Positions 1 through 9,602 of a stretch of 64,000 bases of DNA are shown here, in pieces; position 1 is the stretch's first letter; every line of letters begins with the position of its first letter. The stretch comes from Verrucomicrobiales bacterium (GTDB lineage: Bacteria; Verrucomicrobiota; Verrucomicrobiia; Verrucomicrobiales; SLCJ01), in assembly GCA_046075565.1 (NCBI GenBank), contig JBJTQJ010000052.1:32001-96000 (forward strand), in the 5' to 3' direction. The notes under the pieces are model-generated. The model searched no databases, was not told the origin of the DNA, and worked only from the letters and a program-made list of their open reading frames with translations. The position numbers and the translations under genes were made by a program.

Positions 1-1039
<1,039 letters not shown>

Positions 1040-1067
1040 ATTTTCAGGAGTAGTTTGGTTGATTCAC

Positions 1068-1102
1068 AAAACCGTCGCCCCCAACCAGGGCGGCGGTTTT
1101 TT
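1068..1102 (+). terminator. Rho-independent terminator (probably bidirectional)
   Basis: AAAACCGTCGCCC-loop-GGGCGGCGGTTTTTT just after the P-II stop. Confidence 0.85.
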
Positions 1103-1229
1103 CTTGCCGGGGCGGCGTGGGGGCTTTGCTGTCATCGAAACAAAGGAGCACGGGCGTCCTCGCCCAATACCGTGAGTTTAGCACCAGCAATCTTGGTCTT
1201 CCGGGTTCCCGTTGTTCAAGTCCTTGTGG

Positions 1230-1333
1230 GGCAAGAGCGAGACGCTCTTGCTACGCTTGAAGTGGAAGCTCAAGAGGATATGGCCTGTGAGGATCCATCG
1301 GAGTCGTAGCAAGACCGTCCCGGTCTTGCCCTG
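1230..1333. repeat. REP doublet (GTAG-CAAGA family), copy 1
   Basis: Two GTAG-flanked palindromes (GTAGCAAGAGCGTCTCGCTCTTGCC on minus; GTAGCAAGACCGTCCCGGTCTTGCC on plus); inverted 104-bp copy at 43320-43423. Confidence 0.85.
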
Positions 1334-1469
1334 AAATCTGACCACTCTTTGCCATTTCGAGTGCTAAACCGACAGAATTGGGCGTCCTCGCCCGTGATTG
1401 GATTCAAAAACGGGCAAGGATGCCCGTTCTCGTTTTCATGAGGTGCTAGCCCGCATATCTCACGCTTTA

Positions 1470-2132
1470 TCATCTCGCCACCGGCCTCGCAAGCTCTCCC
1501 TCCGACACCGTAGCGGCCCGGCCGTCGAAATAGAGCGCTTGCCGCTCGCGGCCGTGGATTGGATCCAAGGGGGTGTTGGCTTTCCATCCCGCCGAAGCCA
1601 CCCGCGGGTTTTTCTGGTCGGCGTCGGCCATGGCCCAGATATTGCCCGGCGGGATTGTCTGGCTCAGCGACCGGGGGCTTTTCGGGTCGGCCAAGGAGCC
1701 CCACGGATTGATGACCGTGCCATCTTCGAGCGGGACTTCCATATTGAGCACATAAGTGCGGGCGTCATTCAGGCGAGAGGGCTCGACCGCTTTGCGGTAG
1801 GCGGGCGGGATGAAAATAGAGGAAAGCTCCGGCTGGGTGGGCACCGGTCCGCCGAGATAAGGAGCGAGGTCGCGCGAGAGACGACCATCCCGGGCGGGAT
1901 CGACCATCGGCATCTGACCCGGCCACATCGGCCCGGGAAAACGCCCGCCATGTTCCCCGCCATAGGAAACAATGGCCGCGCCGATTTGCCGGAGCTGGGT
2001 CAAGGCCACCGAGCGATCCGCGCCGCGACGGAGAGACTCATAACCGGCAAAACCGCCAATCGCCAGGACAGCGACAATCACGATCACGATCAGCAACTCG
2101 ACGAGCGTGAAAGCGCGCTCGGATTCGACCAT
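1470..2132 (-). CDS. Prepilin-type N-terminal cleavage/methylation protein with C-terminal H-X9-DG motif
   Basis: RAFTLVELLIVIVIVAVLA N-terminus; H-GRERQALYF-DG near the C-terminus; start may be 2150. Confidence 0.88.
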   Translation of the reverse strand: MVESERAFTLVELLIVIVIVAVLAIGGFAGYESLRRGADRSVALTQLRQIGAAIVSYGGEHGGRFPGPMWPGQMPMVDPARDGRLSRDLAPYLGGPVPTQPELSSIFIPPAYRKAVEPSRLNDARTYVLNMEVPLEDGTVINPWGSLADPKSPRSLSQTIPPGNIWAMADADQKNPRVASAGWKANTPLDPIHGRERQALYFDGRAATVSEGELARPVAR

Positions 2133-2197
2133 GAGACGGGGACGAAACATCGGGCAAAATACGCCAAACCGGGCATCTCCGGATGAAGAAATGAAGA

Positions 2198-4612
2198 TCA
2201 CCGATATTCGAGCTTGGTGGTAACGGTCGCTTCGCCGTCGCTGCGGAAGCGCACCCAATAGGCTTGGAAAGCCTCCGGGAATGTGTGATCCATCGAACCA
2301 TTGACCTCGAAGGTCTGGTAGGGAGCCCAACGGCCGGTGCCATCCAGATCGATTTCGACGGCGATATTCACCGCTTTATCCGACTGGAGGGAAAGCGACT
2401 TTTGATCATATCCGGTCATCAAATACGGGTCGGAAACTTCCCCCGCCTTCACGGTGGTTGCGTGCCATGGCCCTCCGCTACCGCGGGCTTTGCCCATTTT
2501 CCAGATGTCGTCGATGGCTCCGGCCCAGAGCGCGGCTTTGCCATCCTCGGAGCGAATCACATGGGGATTGTCTCCGGCGCTTGTGGGCGTGACTCCGGAG
2601 ATGATGAATAGTCCGCGATACGAACAGAAGTCGTGGATGGAGAGATTGTGAGTGGCGACCGGCCGGAGCTTGGCGAAACCTCCCGCATTCTCGGCGGGAA
2701 GTTCATAGAAGCTGCCATGGACGTGCAGCAAATCGCGTTCGGTGGCGACTTCGCGGGCGACGCGATAGGACCCCGCGATACCGGCTTTGTCCATGCTGGC
2801 ATCTCCCTTGGGCAAGCGCCAACGACGGCCCGCATCATCGATGATGAGGATGGAGCCGGGATCATTCACATAGACATTTTTCGGAACCGAGGCGTGATCG
2901 AGCGTGTGTTTGAGCAGGCCTTCATCGGCGGTAGGCACGAGCCGGGTATTCGCATCGAGTTCGTATGCTCCCATGGCCTTGCCTGTTTGGTCCATGGCGG
3001 CGAAAGCGAGGGTGCGTTTGTTTTGATCCCGGGCGCGTAAAACTCCAGCGCTCGCGGACTCCTTGGCCGAATCCAATCCGAGACCGGCAAAGATGGCATC
3101 ATTTTCCATTCCGCGCGGATCGCGGTTGGATAGGTGAAACCACGCCGTGATGGCGGGAACGGGCCGGTTGCTCGTCAGCCTGACCCACTCGCCTTGGATG
3201 CCACCAAGATCCACCCACTGGTAAGCCTTGCCGGTGAGTGAAATCTCCTGCGCGTCTTTCCATTCGCCCGTGCCGTTGGCATCGACGTCGATCCGAATGA
3301 CGAGCCCATCGAGCGCCCCCTCCGGAAGATGGAGGTGCAGTGCTTTGCGGTCATACCCGGCAATGAGGAAAGGATCGGAAGGGACGCCAGCTTCGACGGC
3401 ATCACCAACCCAAACGCCGCCCCGTCCAATGGCCGGGCCGAAGGAATCGAGTTTGGCCGGTTCGACAAACCAAAGGTTCGACTGGGACTGCGGTGCGGCG
3501 ATTTCTCCTTTCGCTTTGCGTTTGTTGAGAAACTCCGATTTCGCGGTGTCGTCACATCCGAAGGCGATACGGTCGCCCCAGCGTGCGAAATCGCCGATGA
3601 CTTTGAGGTAGTTCGACCGCGGGCGGATACCGGCGTGTTTTCCGCCGCCGAAGTCGCGAGGAAACCGCCAGAAGGTGCCGTGCATGGTCATCAGAAAATC
3701 TTCTTCCCCGATCTCGCGGATCCGCGGCCATTCGGTATTCCATCCGTGCGCACCGTCATAGGAATGCGAACCCTTCGGCAAACGCCGGAAACTCCAACCG
3801 GATTTTGCATCACGCGTGCCGAGAATCAAAGAGCGGTAATCCCACCCGATGGTCCAGATCGGATCCGTAGCGGGATGCGGGTTACCCGTGATGCCGCCGG
3901 GACCGGTGACTTCGGTGAATTGATTTCGGCGCACAACGGTCCATTTGTCGGCTTGCCCATCCCATTCCGCCAGGACACCGCTTGGTGTCTCGGGCTTGCT
4001 TTTCGCATCGGATCCGTATTCACCGTTGTTCGCATAGACATAGACCCCTTGGCCCGAATAGAAGCCCTTTCCATGATAACCGGGCAGGTTCGCCTTGCGC
4101 GGGCTTCTTTCGGTTGCCGTGTCAGCCCATAGCTCACGGGTTTCGAGGGTCTTCACATCAACTTCATAGATCCCCTCCTCCATCGTGGCGGTGACCACTT
4201 TGTTCGCGGGATCCGTAAGATGACGCGCTGTTCCCGTTGGCCGGCCGAGCATCTTCTTGTATGGAACGGCCCGAACTTTGCCCCCGGCGTCGATGGCGTA
4301 GGGTCCCATAAAAAGTTGATTCGACTCCAAATGAACAAGCCGGTTCGCGGGTGTGCCGCCGATAGATTCCGGATGCACGGTGAATGAACCATCCTTGCCC
4401 AGGGAATAGAGCTTGTCGGAGGAGCCGGACGGACTGTGAGGTGCATAGGTCAACCACCACACTCGATCCGCCCATGGCACCACGGCACCAGTTCCACATT
4501 CGCCTTCATTATTGAAGGAAGCGATGGCGGGGTTGATGCCGGAAATCTCAACGGGAGCCGCCATCAGTGGAGAGGCGGCAAGCAGGACGAGGAATGTGGA
4601 GCGGGGAAACAT
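2198..4612 (-). CDS. Large secreted protein of unknown function with an internally duplicated domain
   Basis: ~804-aa ORF with a signal peptide (MFPRSTFLVLLAASPLMA); GG.W....V.AG..SDP.L..GYD.K motif occurs twice. Confidence 0.85.
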   Translation of the reverse strand: MFPRSTFLVLLAASPLMAAPVEISGINPAIASFNNEGECGTGAVVPWADRVWWLTYAPHSPSGSSDKLYSLGKDGSFTVHPESIGGTPANRLVHLESNQLFMGPYAIDAGGKVRAVPYKKMLGRPTGTARHLTDPANKVVTATMEEGIYEVDVKTLETRELWADTATERSPRKANLPGYHGKGFYSGQGVYVYANNGEYGSDAKSKPETPSGVLAEWDGQADKWTVVRRNQFTEVTGPGGITGNPHPATDPIWTIGWDYRSLILGTRDAKSGWSFRRLPKGSHSYDGAHGWNTEWPRIREIGEEDFLMTMHGTFWRFPRDFGGGKHAGIRPRSNYLKVIGDFARWGDRIAFGCDDTAKSEFLNKRKAKGEIAAPQSQSNLWFVEPAKLDSFGPAIGRGGVWVGDAVEAGVPSDPFLIAGYDRKALHLHLPEGALDGLVIRIDVDANGTGEWKDAQEISLTGKAYQWVDLGGIQGEWVRLTSNRPVPAITAWFHLSNRDPRGMENDAIFAGLGLDSAKESASAGVLRARDQNKRTLAFAAMDQTGKAMGAYELDANTRLVPTADEGLLKHTLDHASVPKNVYVNDPGSILIIDDAGRRWRLPKGDASMDKAGIAGSYRVAREVATERDLLHVHGSFYELPAENAGGFAKLRPVATHNLSIHDFCSYRGLFIISGVTPTSAGDNPHVIRSEDGKAALWAGAIDDIWKMGKARGSGGPWHATTVKAGEVSDPYLMTGYDQKSLSLQSDKAVNIAVEIDLDGTGRWAPYQTFEVNGSMDHTFPEAFQAYWVRFRSDGEATVTTKLEYR

Positions 4613-4681
4613 GAGCCCGACCAATACGGAAATGGCGCGCAGAGTGTTTCAATTTCAAAAACCGGCCACGCTCAAATCCCA

Positions 4682-5938
4682 TCAATCGCGGCCGAACCAG
4701 CGCCGCCAGCCCCCTTGCTTCAACGGCTTCGCCGCGCGGGCCTCCTTCAATCGCGTTTGGAGATCTTGGATTTTCTCATTGGCAGTCTCCAGTTTTTCTT
4801 CCAGCCGGATGACGCGTTTTTCATCCCGGGTTTCGTGGCCATGGCGGAGGGCATTCCACAATTCGCGTTGGCTTCCTCGCGCGCCGGGCCGGGGCAAGCG
4901 CAGCGGCAGGTCAGCTGTCTTGCGCAACGCTTCCAGGGGTTGTTTGGAAAGGAACAACTGGAAACGCAGCATATCCGCGGCCTCAAGGGCAGGATCATAG
5001 GCTGGAGGAACAAACGTGGAGGCTTCGTGATAAAGTGCTTCGAGCTGGAGCAGCGCGGCATCCAGCGACGCTTCGGAGCGGACGCGGAGACTGACGGCAC
5101 CCGCATCAGCGGCATCGTAGGCGTCCAGCTCCGCGCCGAGGATAGCCGCGCTGGCCTCCCGGCGCATCGAACGGTAGCCGAAATTCCAGGGTCTGATTTC
5201 GTCGAAGTTGGCACTGGTAACCAGACGCCCGACACCAAAGTGATCGGCCTGGATGATCGCGCAACCGGCGGCCATCGCTTCGAGCGCGCAACGCGCCTTG
5301 GCAAAGACGATGTCATACGAGCCGAGCAATTTCTCCGGCTCCGTGGTTGGATTGCCAAAACCCGCGCCGCACCCCTCGACGGCGATCCCCCGTTCCGCGC
5401 ATGACTCCGCTATTGCACGCATGACAGGATGGCCCGGGCTCAGGTAATTGGAAAATACAAGCGCGCGCTGCGGCCGCGCTGGCAGGGGATCGCGCGCGGG
5501 AAACCGCCGCATGTCCACGAAGTTCAAAACCAAGGCAACCCGATCGGCGGGAATGCCCTCCTCATGGATGAGGCGTTCGCGGCAGGCTTCATCCACTGCC
5601 ACCCAGCGCGCGACATTCGGAAGGCGGCATGGCGCCTCTTGCCATGCCTCCGGACCGTGGCAGAACGACAGCACCGGTGACGAACGCGCCGTCATCGCCA
5701 CCAACGTTGTCTCGATCGCATGATGGCCGTGGATAACATCCGGTGTCCATGGCAGAAGCCGTGGATCATCAACCACCGGAATTCCCGCCGCCCTCAGTTC
5801 GTCGGCCACACCGCCGGGCTCGAGCGTGAATGCCGCCACATCGTGGCCGAGGGCCCGTAAGGCGGGCGCGACATCGAGAATGTAACACTCCGTGCCGCCG
5901 CGCGCGGCCAGCGTGTTGTTGGTGAAAAGGATTCGCAT
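4682..5938 (-). CDS. GT-B (family 4-like) glycosyltransferase with C-terminal coiled coil
   Basis: MRILFTNNTLAARGGTE, GHDV, PDVIHGHH, LEAMAAGC motifs. Confidence 0.85.
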   Translation of the reverse strand: MRILFTNNTLAARGGTECYILDVAPALRALGHDVAAFTLEPGGVADELRAAGIPVVDDPRLLPWTPDVIHGHHAIETTLVAMTARSSPVLSFCHGPEAWQEAPCRLPNVARWVAVDEACRERLIHEEGIPADRVALVLNFVDMRRFPARDPLPARPQRALVFSNYLSPGHPVMRAIAESCAERGIAVEGCGAGFGNPTTEPEKLLGSYDIVFAKARCALEAMAAGCAIIQADHFGVGRLVTSANFDEIRPWNFGYRSMRREASAAILGAELDAYDAADAGAVSLRVRSEASLDAALLQLEALYHEASTFVPPAYDPALEAADMLRFQLFLSKQPLEALRKTADLPLRLPRPGARGSQRELWNALRHGHETRDEKRVIRLEEKLETANEKIQDLQTRLKEARAAKPLKQGGWRRWFGRD

Positions 5939-5945
5939 CGGGTTG

Positions 5946-6722
5946 TTAATCCGCGTCGGATATCGCCCACTCCCAAAGGGCGATGGCCAGCGGTTTCAAA
6001 TTCGCCTCGTGCGTGAGGATCTGCTTGTAGTGGCCTGCCGCAACCTGTTTGCGCCCGTAGGTTTCGTAAAACGGCGGCTCGGCGGAATCCCAGATGGTGG
6101 CAGCCGGTCCCGGATCAACGGGCGTGAGGATTTCGGTGCGGAAAGCATCTTCCCCGTACTGGCTGATCAATCGATCGACCTCGCCAGCCAGCTCCGGATA
6201 CCAGAGATGGGCCGCCGCGTGTTTGGCAGCGAATTCCTCGTCGTTGAGACGGAGCACGACCTCGCCGGGAATCTGGCTGGGAGCGGGCATGGACTCGAGG
6301 GCGAAGGCTAGGTTGCGCAGGGAACGCCCCCGACGGCGCAGCTTTTCCACGGCGGCATTGATCATGGCGCGGCAGAGGTCATGCGTGATACTGAAGCCCT
6401 CGACCATGTCACCGGCGACCGTATCGATATCGGCTTCTTCCCATGAACTCGCGAATCCCCGGGCGAGGGCGACAAAGGGAGCCGGATTCCCCTCGCTGAC
6501 CATCTCGTAGAAGCGCCGGTCTGAATACGCGCCCTGGAGCTTGCCGAGACGACCGCCCGCACCCTCGATGAGATTGCGCGTGGAGGCGAAGCGCGATTCG
6601 CGGTTCGGACCCGAGCCGTCGGTGATCACATCCACAAGCGGAGTGTTCTTCCGCATCCAGTCAAATACCCTCAACTCGTGTCCTGGGTGGCCGATACAAA
6701 GCGCGCAACGGGAGATTTCCAT
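5946..6722 (-). CDS. Hypothetical protein, weakly LmbE/PIG-L-like N-terminus
   Basis: 258-aa ORF 7 nt upstream of the GT; GHPGHE, ITDGS and HDLC segments resemble HPDDE/TxG/HxDH. Confidence 0.65.
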   Translation of the reverse strand: MEISRCALCIGHPGHELRVFDWMRKNTPLVDVITDGSGPNRESRFASTRNLIEGAGGRLGKLQGAYSDRRFYEMVSEGNPAPFVALARGFASSWEEADIDTVAGDMVEGFSITHDLCRAMINAAVEKLRRRGRSLRNLAFALESMPAPSQIPGEVVLRLNDEEFAAKHAAAHLWYPELAGEVDRLISQYGEDAFRTEILTPVDPGPAATIWDSAEPPFYETYGRKQVAAGHYKQILTHEANLKPLAIALWEWAISDAD

Positions 6723-6827
6723 GGGGACGCCAGCCTAACATCCTGCTCTTGCCAAGTCAACCCTCGCGGTTTCGCGTGGATGAGAACGTAGAAGCCCAAG
6801 ACGTGCGGCGTTGTTCACGAATCGACC

Positions 6828-8201
6828 TCAGCACTCGACCACATTCACGGCCAGGCCACCGCGCGAGGTTTCCTTGTATTTGGAATGCATGTCGCGTCCG
6901 GTATCACGCATGGTGCGGATGACCTTGTCGAGGGAAACGAAGTGACTGCCGTCGGAAGCGAGGGCGAGGCGGGCGGCATTGATGGCTTTGACGGATACCA
7001 TGGCGTTGCGTTCGATGCAGGGGATCTGCACGAGACCGCCAATGGGATCGCAGGTGAGTCCGAGGTTGTGCTCCATGCCGATTTCCGCGGCATTTTCCAC
7101 CTGCGCGGGAGATCCCCCGAGGTATTCAACCAAGCCGGCGGCGGCCATGGAACAGGCCAAGCCGACTTCACCTTGGCAACCGGCTTCCGCGCCGGAGATG
7201 GAAGCATTGCGTTTGTAAAGGAGCCCGATCGCAGCGGCGGTAAGGAGAAAACGATGCACACCATCGGCATGGGGCGAAGCGCGGAAGCGGGTCGCATAAT
7301 GCAAGACCGCGGGGAGAATGCCGGCCGCGCCATTCGTGGGCGCCGTGACAACCCGGCCGCCGGCCGCGTTTTCCTCGTTCACCGCGAGCGCGTAGAGGTT
7401 CACCCAATCGAGGATACGCAGAGGATCGATGAGCGCTTCTTCCGGCCGGGCGTGGAGTTGTTCGGCCAGCGCCTTGGCCCGGCGTCGCACTTTCAACCCC
7501 CCGGGTAGAACACCATCGCGCGAGCAACCGCGACGCACGCAGTCCTGCATCGCCGCCCAGATCGCGTCCAGGCGCGCGCGCGTTTCCGCCTCAGGACGAA
7601 AGACTTCCTCGTTGGCGAGGACAATATGACTGATCGCTAATGAACGGGCTTGGCCATGGGAGATCAACTCCGCGGCCGAGGTAAAAGGCATGGGCACCGA
7701 AACACCGATGGTGGTTGGAGCCGCCATCTCTTCCTCCGTGCCGATGAAGCCTCCCCCGAGCGAATAGATCACCGCATCGCGCAGAATGGCATCGTCTCCA
7801 TCGATTGCGGTGAAGTGCATGCCATTCGGATGCAACGGCAGGGGTTTCAGCCGCCGGAAGGTCAAATCAACCGCGGGATCAAATCCGATTTCCTTTCCTC
7901 ATGGCAAGCGCAGGAGCTTGCGGGTGGAGATTTCTTCGCGCCTTGCCTCCATCGATTCGACATCGATGGATTCAGGATTCTCGCAGAGGAATCCGAACAC
8001 GATGGCGCGATCGGTGCCATGGCCTTTTCCGGTGGCGGCCAACGAACCATAGAGGTCACATTTCAACCGCGCCACCCGTGGGGCCAATCCGGCGGCTTCG
8101 ATTTCCCGGACAAAGCGTGCCGCCGCCCGCATCGGGCCGACCGTGTGTGACGATGACGGTCCGATACCGATGGTGAACAATTCCAGGGCGGATGTGTTCA
8201 T
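6828..8201 (-). pseudogene. sdaA: L-serine ammonia-lyase interrupted by an in-frame TGA at 7899-7901
   Basis: IGIGPSSSHTVGPM N-terminus and [30 protein letters not shown]...PCIERN C-terminus share one frame; the junction reads RLP*GKEIGFD. Confidence 0.88.
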
Positions 8202-8281
8202 GCGCGCGTCTTCAAACGAATCTGGAGCACGGGACAGGCAATGGCAAGGCCCTCGCTTGACGCCCGCGCTATGGTTTGCCC

Positions 8282-9013
8282 ATGGGACGCCAATGGTTGC
8301 AGGCTCATCGGGAAGTCGCCTCGCTGAAAAAGTCGCGGGCGGTGGTCAAATTCGTACGCGAAATCATGGTGGCCGCCCGTGCCGGGGGTACCGATCCCGA
8401 CCTGAATGCGCGGCTGGCCCACGCCATCGAGAAAGCCCGCCGCGAAAGCGTGTCGCGTGATGTGATCGAACGTGCCATCCAGAAAGGCGCCGGCGTCGGC
8501 GGCGAGAGAATGAACTATGAACAATTCACCTTCGAGGGTTATGCGCCCCACAAGGTGCCGGTGATCGTCGAGGTGATGACCGACAATAACAACCGCACGG
8601 CACCGGAAATCCGCGTGCTTTTCCGCAAAGGACAACTCGGCACGACCGGCAGTAACAAATTTCTCTTCGAACATGTCGGGCTTGTCGAAGCCCATTGTGC
8701 GGACACCGCCGCCGACATCGAAGCGGCCGCCATTGAAGCGGGCGCGAACGAAGTCGAGCCCCTCGACGCAAGCCAGAACGACGACATCCCGGATGGCACC
8801 TGCGGGGCGCGCTTTATCACTGAACGCACCGCCGTGGCGCAGGTCGCCCAATGGCTTGCCGCCAACGGCTGGACCGTTGTCACCAGCGAACTCGGCTACC
8901 TGCCCAAACAATTCCCCGACCTGACCGACGATCAACGGCGCGAGGTCGGCGAATTCCTCCAGTCTCTCGATGACCACGACGACGTCCACCGCGTGTGGGC
9001 CGCCGTGAAGTGA
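8282..9013 (+). CDS. yebC: YebC/PmpR family protein
   Basis: REIMVAARAGGTDPDLNARL, FEGYAP, TDNNNRT, LDDHDDVHRV. Confidence 0.92.
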   Translation: MGRQWLQAHREVASLKKSRAVVKFVREIMVAARAGGTDPDLNARLAHAIEKARRESVSRDVIERAIQKGAGVGGERMNYEQFTFEGYAPHKVPVIVEVMTDNNNRTAPEIRVLFRKGQLGTTGSNKFLFEHVGLVEAHCADTAADIEAAAIEAGANEVEPLDASQNDDIPDGTCGARFITERTAVAQVAQWLAANGWTVVTSELGYLPKQFPDLTDDQRREVGEFLQSLDDHDDVHRVWAAVK

Positions 9014-9166
9014 TCGGTTAACCACGGAAATGAATGATATGACGCGCTTTGGCGATTGCCATAATTACACCATCTGATGAACGGATAGGAGATTGAGCCT
9101 TTGTGCGATCGAGAGATGCCGTTCTTGGGATGGAGCATCCATCTGGGAAACACGTCTTCTGAATTC

Positions 9167-9254
9167 TGTAGCGGCGGTCTGTGACCGTCGCATTTGTCTG
9201 GGGATGGAGCATCCCGCTGGGAAAAGCCACCGGCGGTCACAGACCGCCGCTACA
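9167..9254. repeat. REPIN-like inverted REP pair (GTAGCGGCGGTCTGTGACCG family)
   Basis: TGTAGCGGCGGTCTGTGACCGTCG ... CGGCGGTCACAGACCGCCGCTACA; 24-nt arms with one mismatch. Confidence 0.85.
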
Positions 9255-9271
9255 AGGTTGGAGGTTGGACT

Positions 9272-9333
9272 CGGCGGCGTGTTTCACCAGACCAACTTCC
9301 CAGTAGCATTGTTCCGGTATCTACCGGTTATGG
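9272..9333. mobile_element. MITE-like element, left-truncated copy
   Basis: 62 nt identical to 57260-57321 and near-identical to the copy ending at 56834. Confidence 0.7.
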
Positions 9334-9334
9334 A

Positions 9335-9523
9335 CCCTGAAGGGGTTCTGTCCTCCGGCAAACGGGACAAAACCCCTTCAGGGGGTTTGGAGGAGTATGC
9401 ATTCGTTCCCCGGGGTAGCCCCGCGCACGGGGCAACCCCGGGCTCTGGGACACAATCCCGTTGGGATTGGGAGAAGAAGACATGCGAGCAACGGACACGA
9501 CCCTGCGGGATCGTGTCCCTCCG
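9335..9523. repeat. Composite palindromic repeat (CCCTGAAGGGGTT hairpin + GGGTAGCCCC..GGGGCAACCC + ACAATCCC..GGGATT)
   Basis: Related copies at 57323-57447, 54770-54807, 56678-56717 and 35577-35659. Confidence 0.8.
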
Positions 9524-9602
9524 ATGGACAGCCAAGGTTCTCGAGCGAATTACCTCCGATGATCCTCGTATTGGGATTTCGCGCGCATCACAGATCGAAA
9601 AC

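Noticed and set aside
7866-7901. Selenocysteine or genetic-code reassignment at the sdaA TGA
   Set aside because: The position looks like Gly in a linker, there is no clear SECIS, and TGA ends many normal genes here
9167-9523. Repeats as a CRISPR array
   Set aside because: No regular direct repeat-spacer periodicity and no cas genes; the repeats are dispersed palindromes
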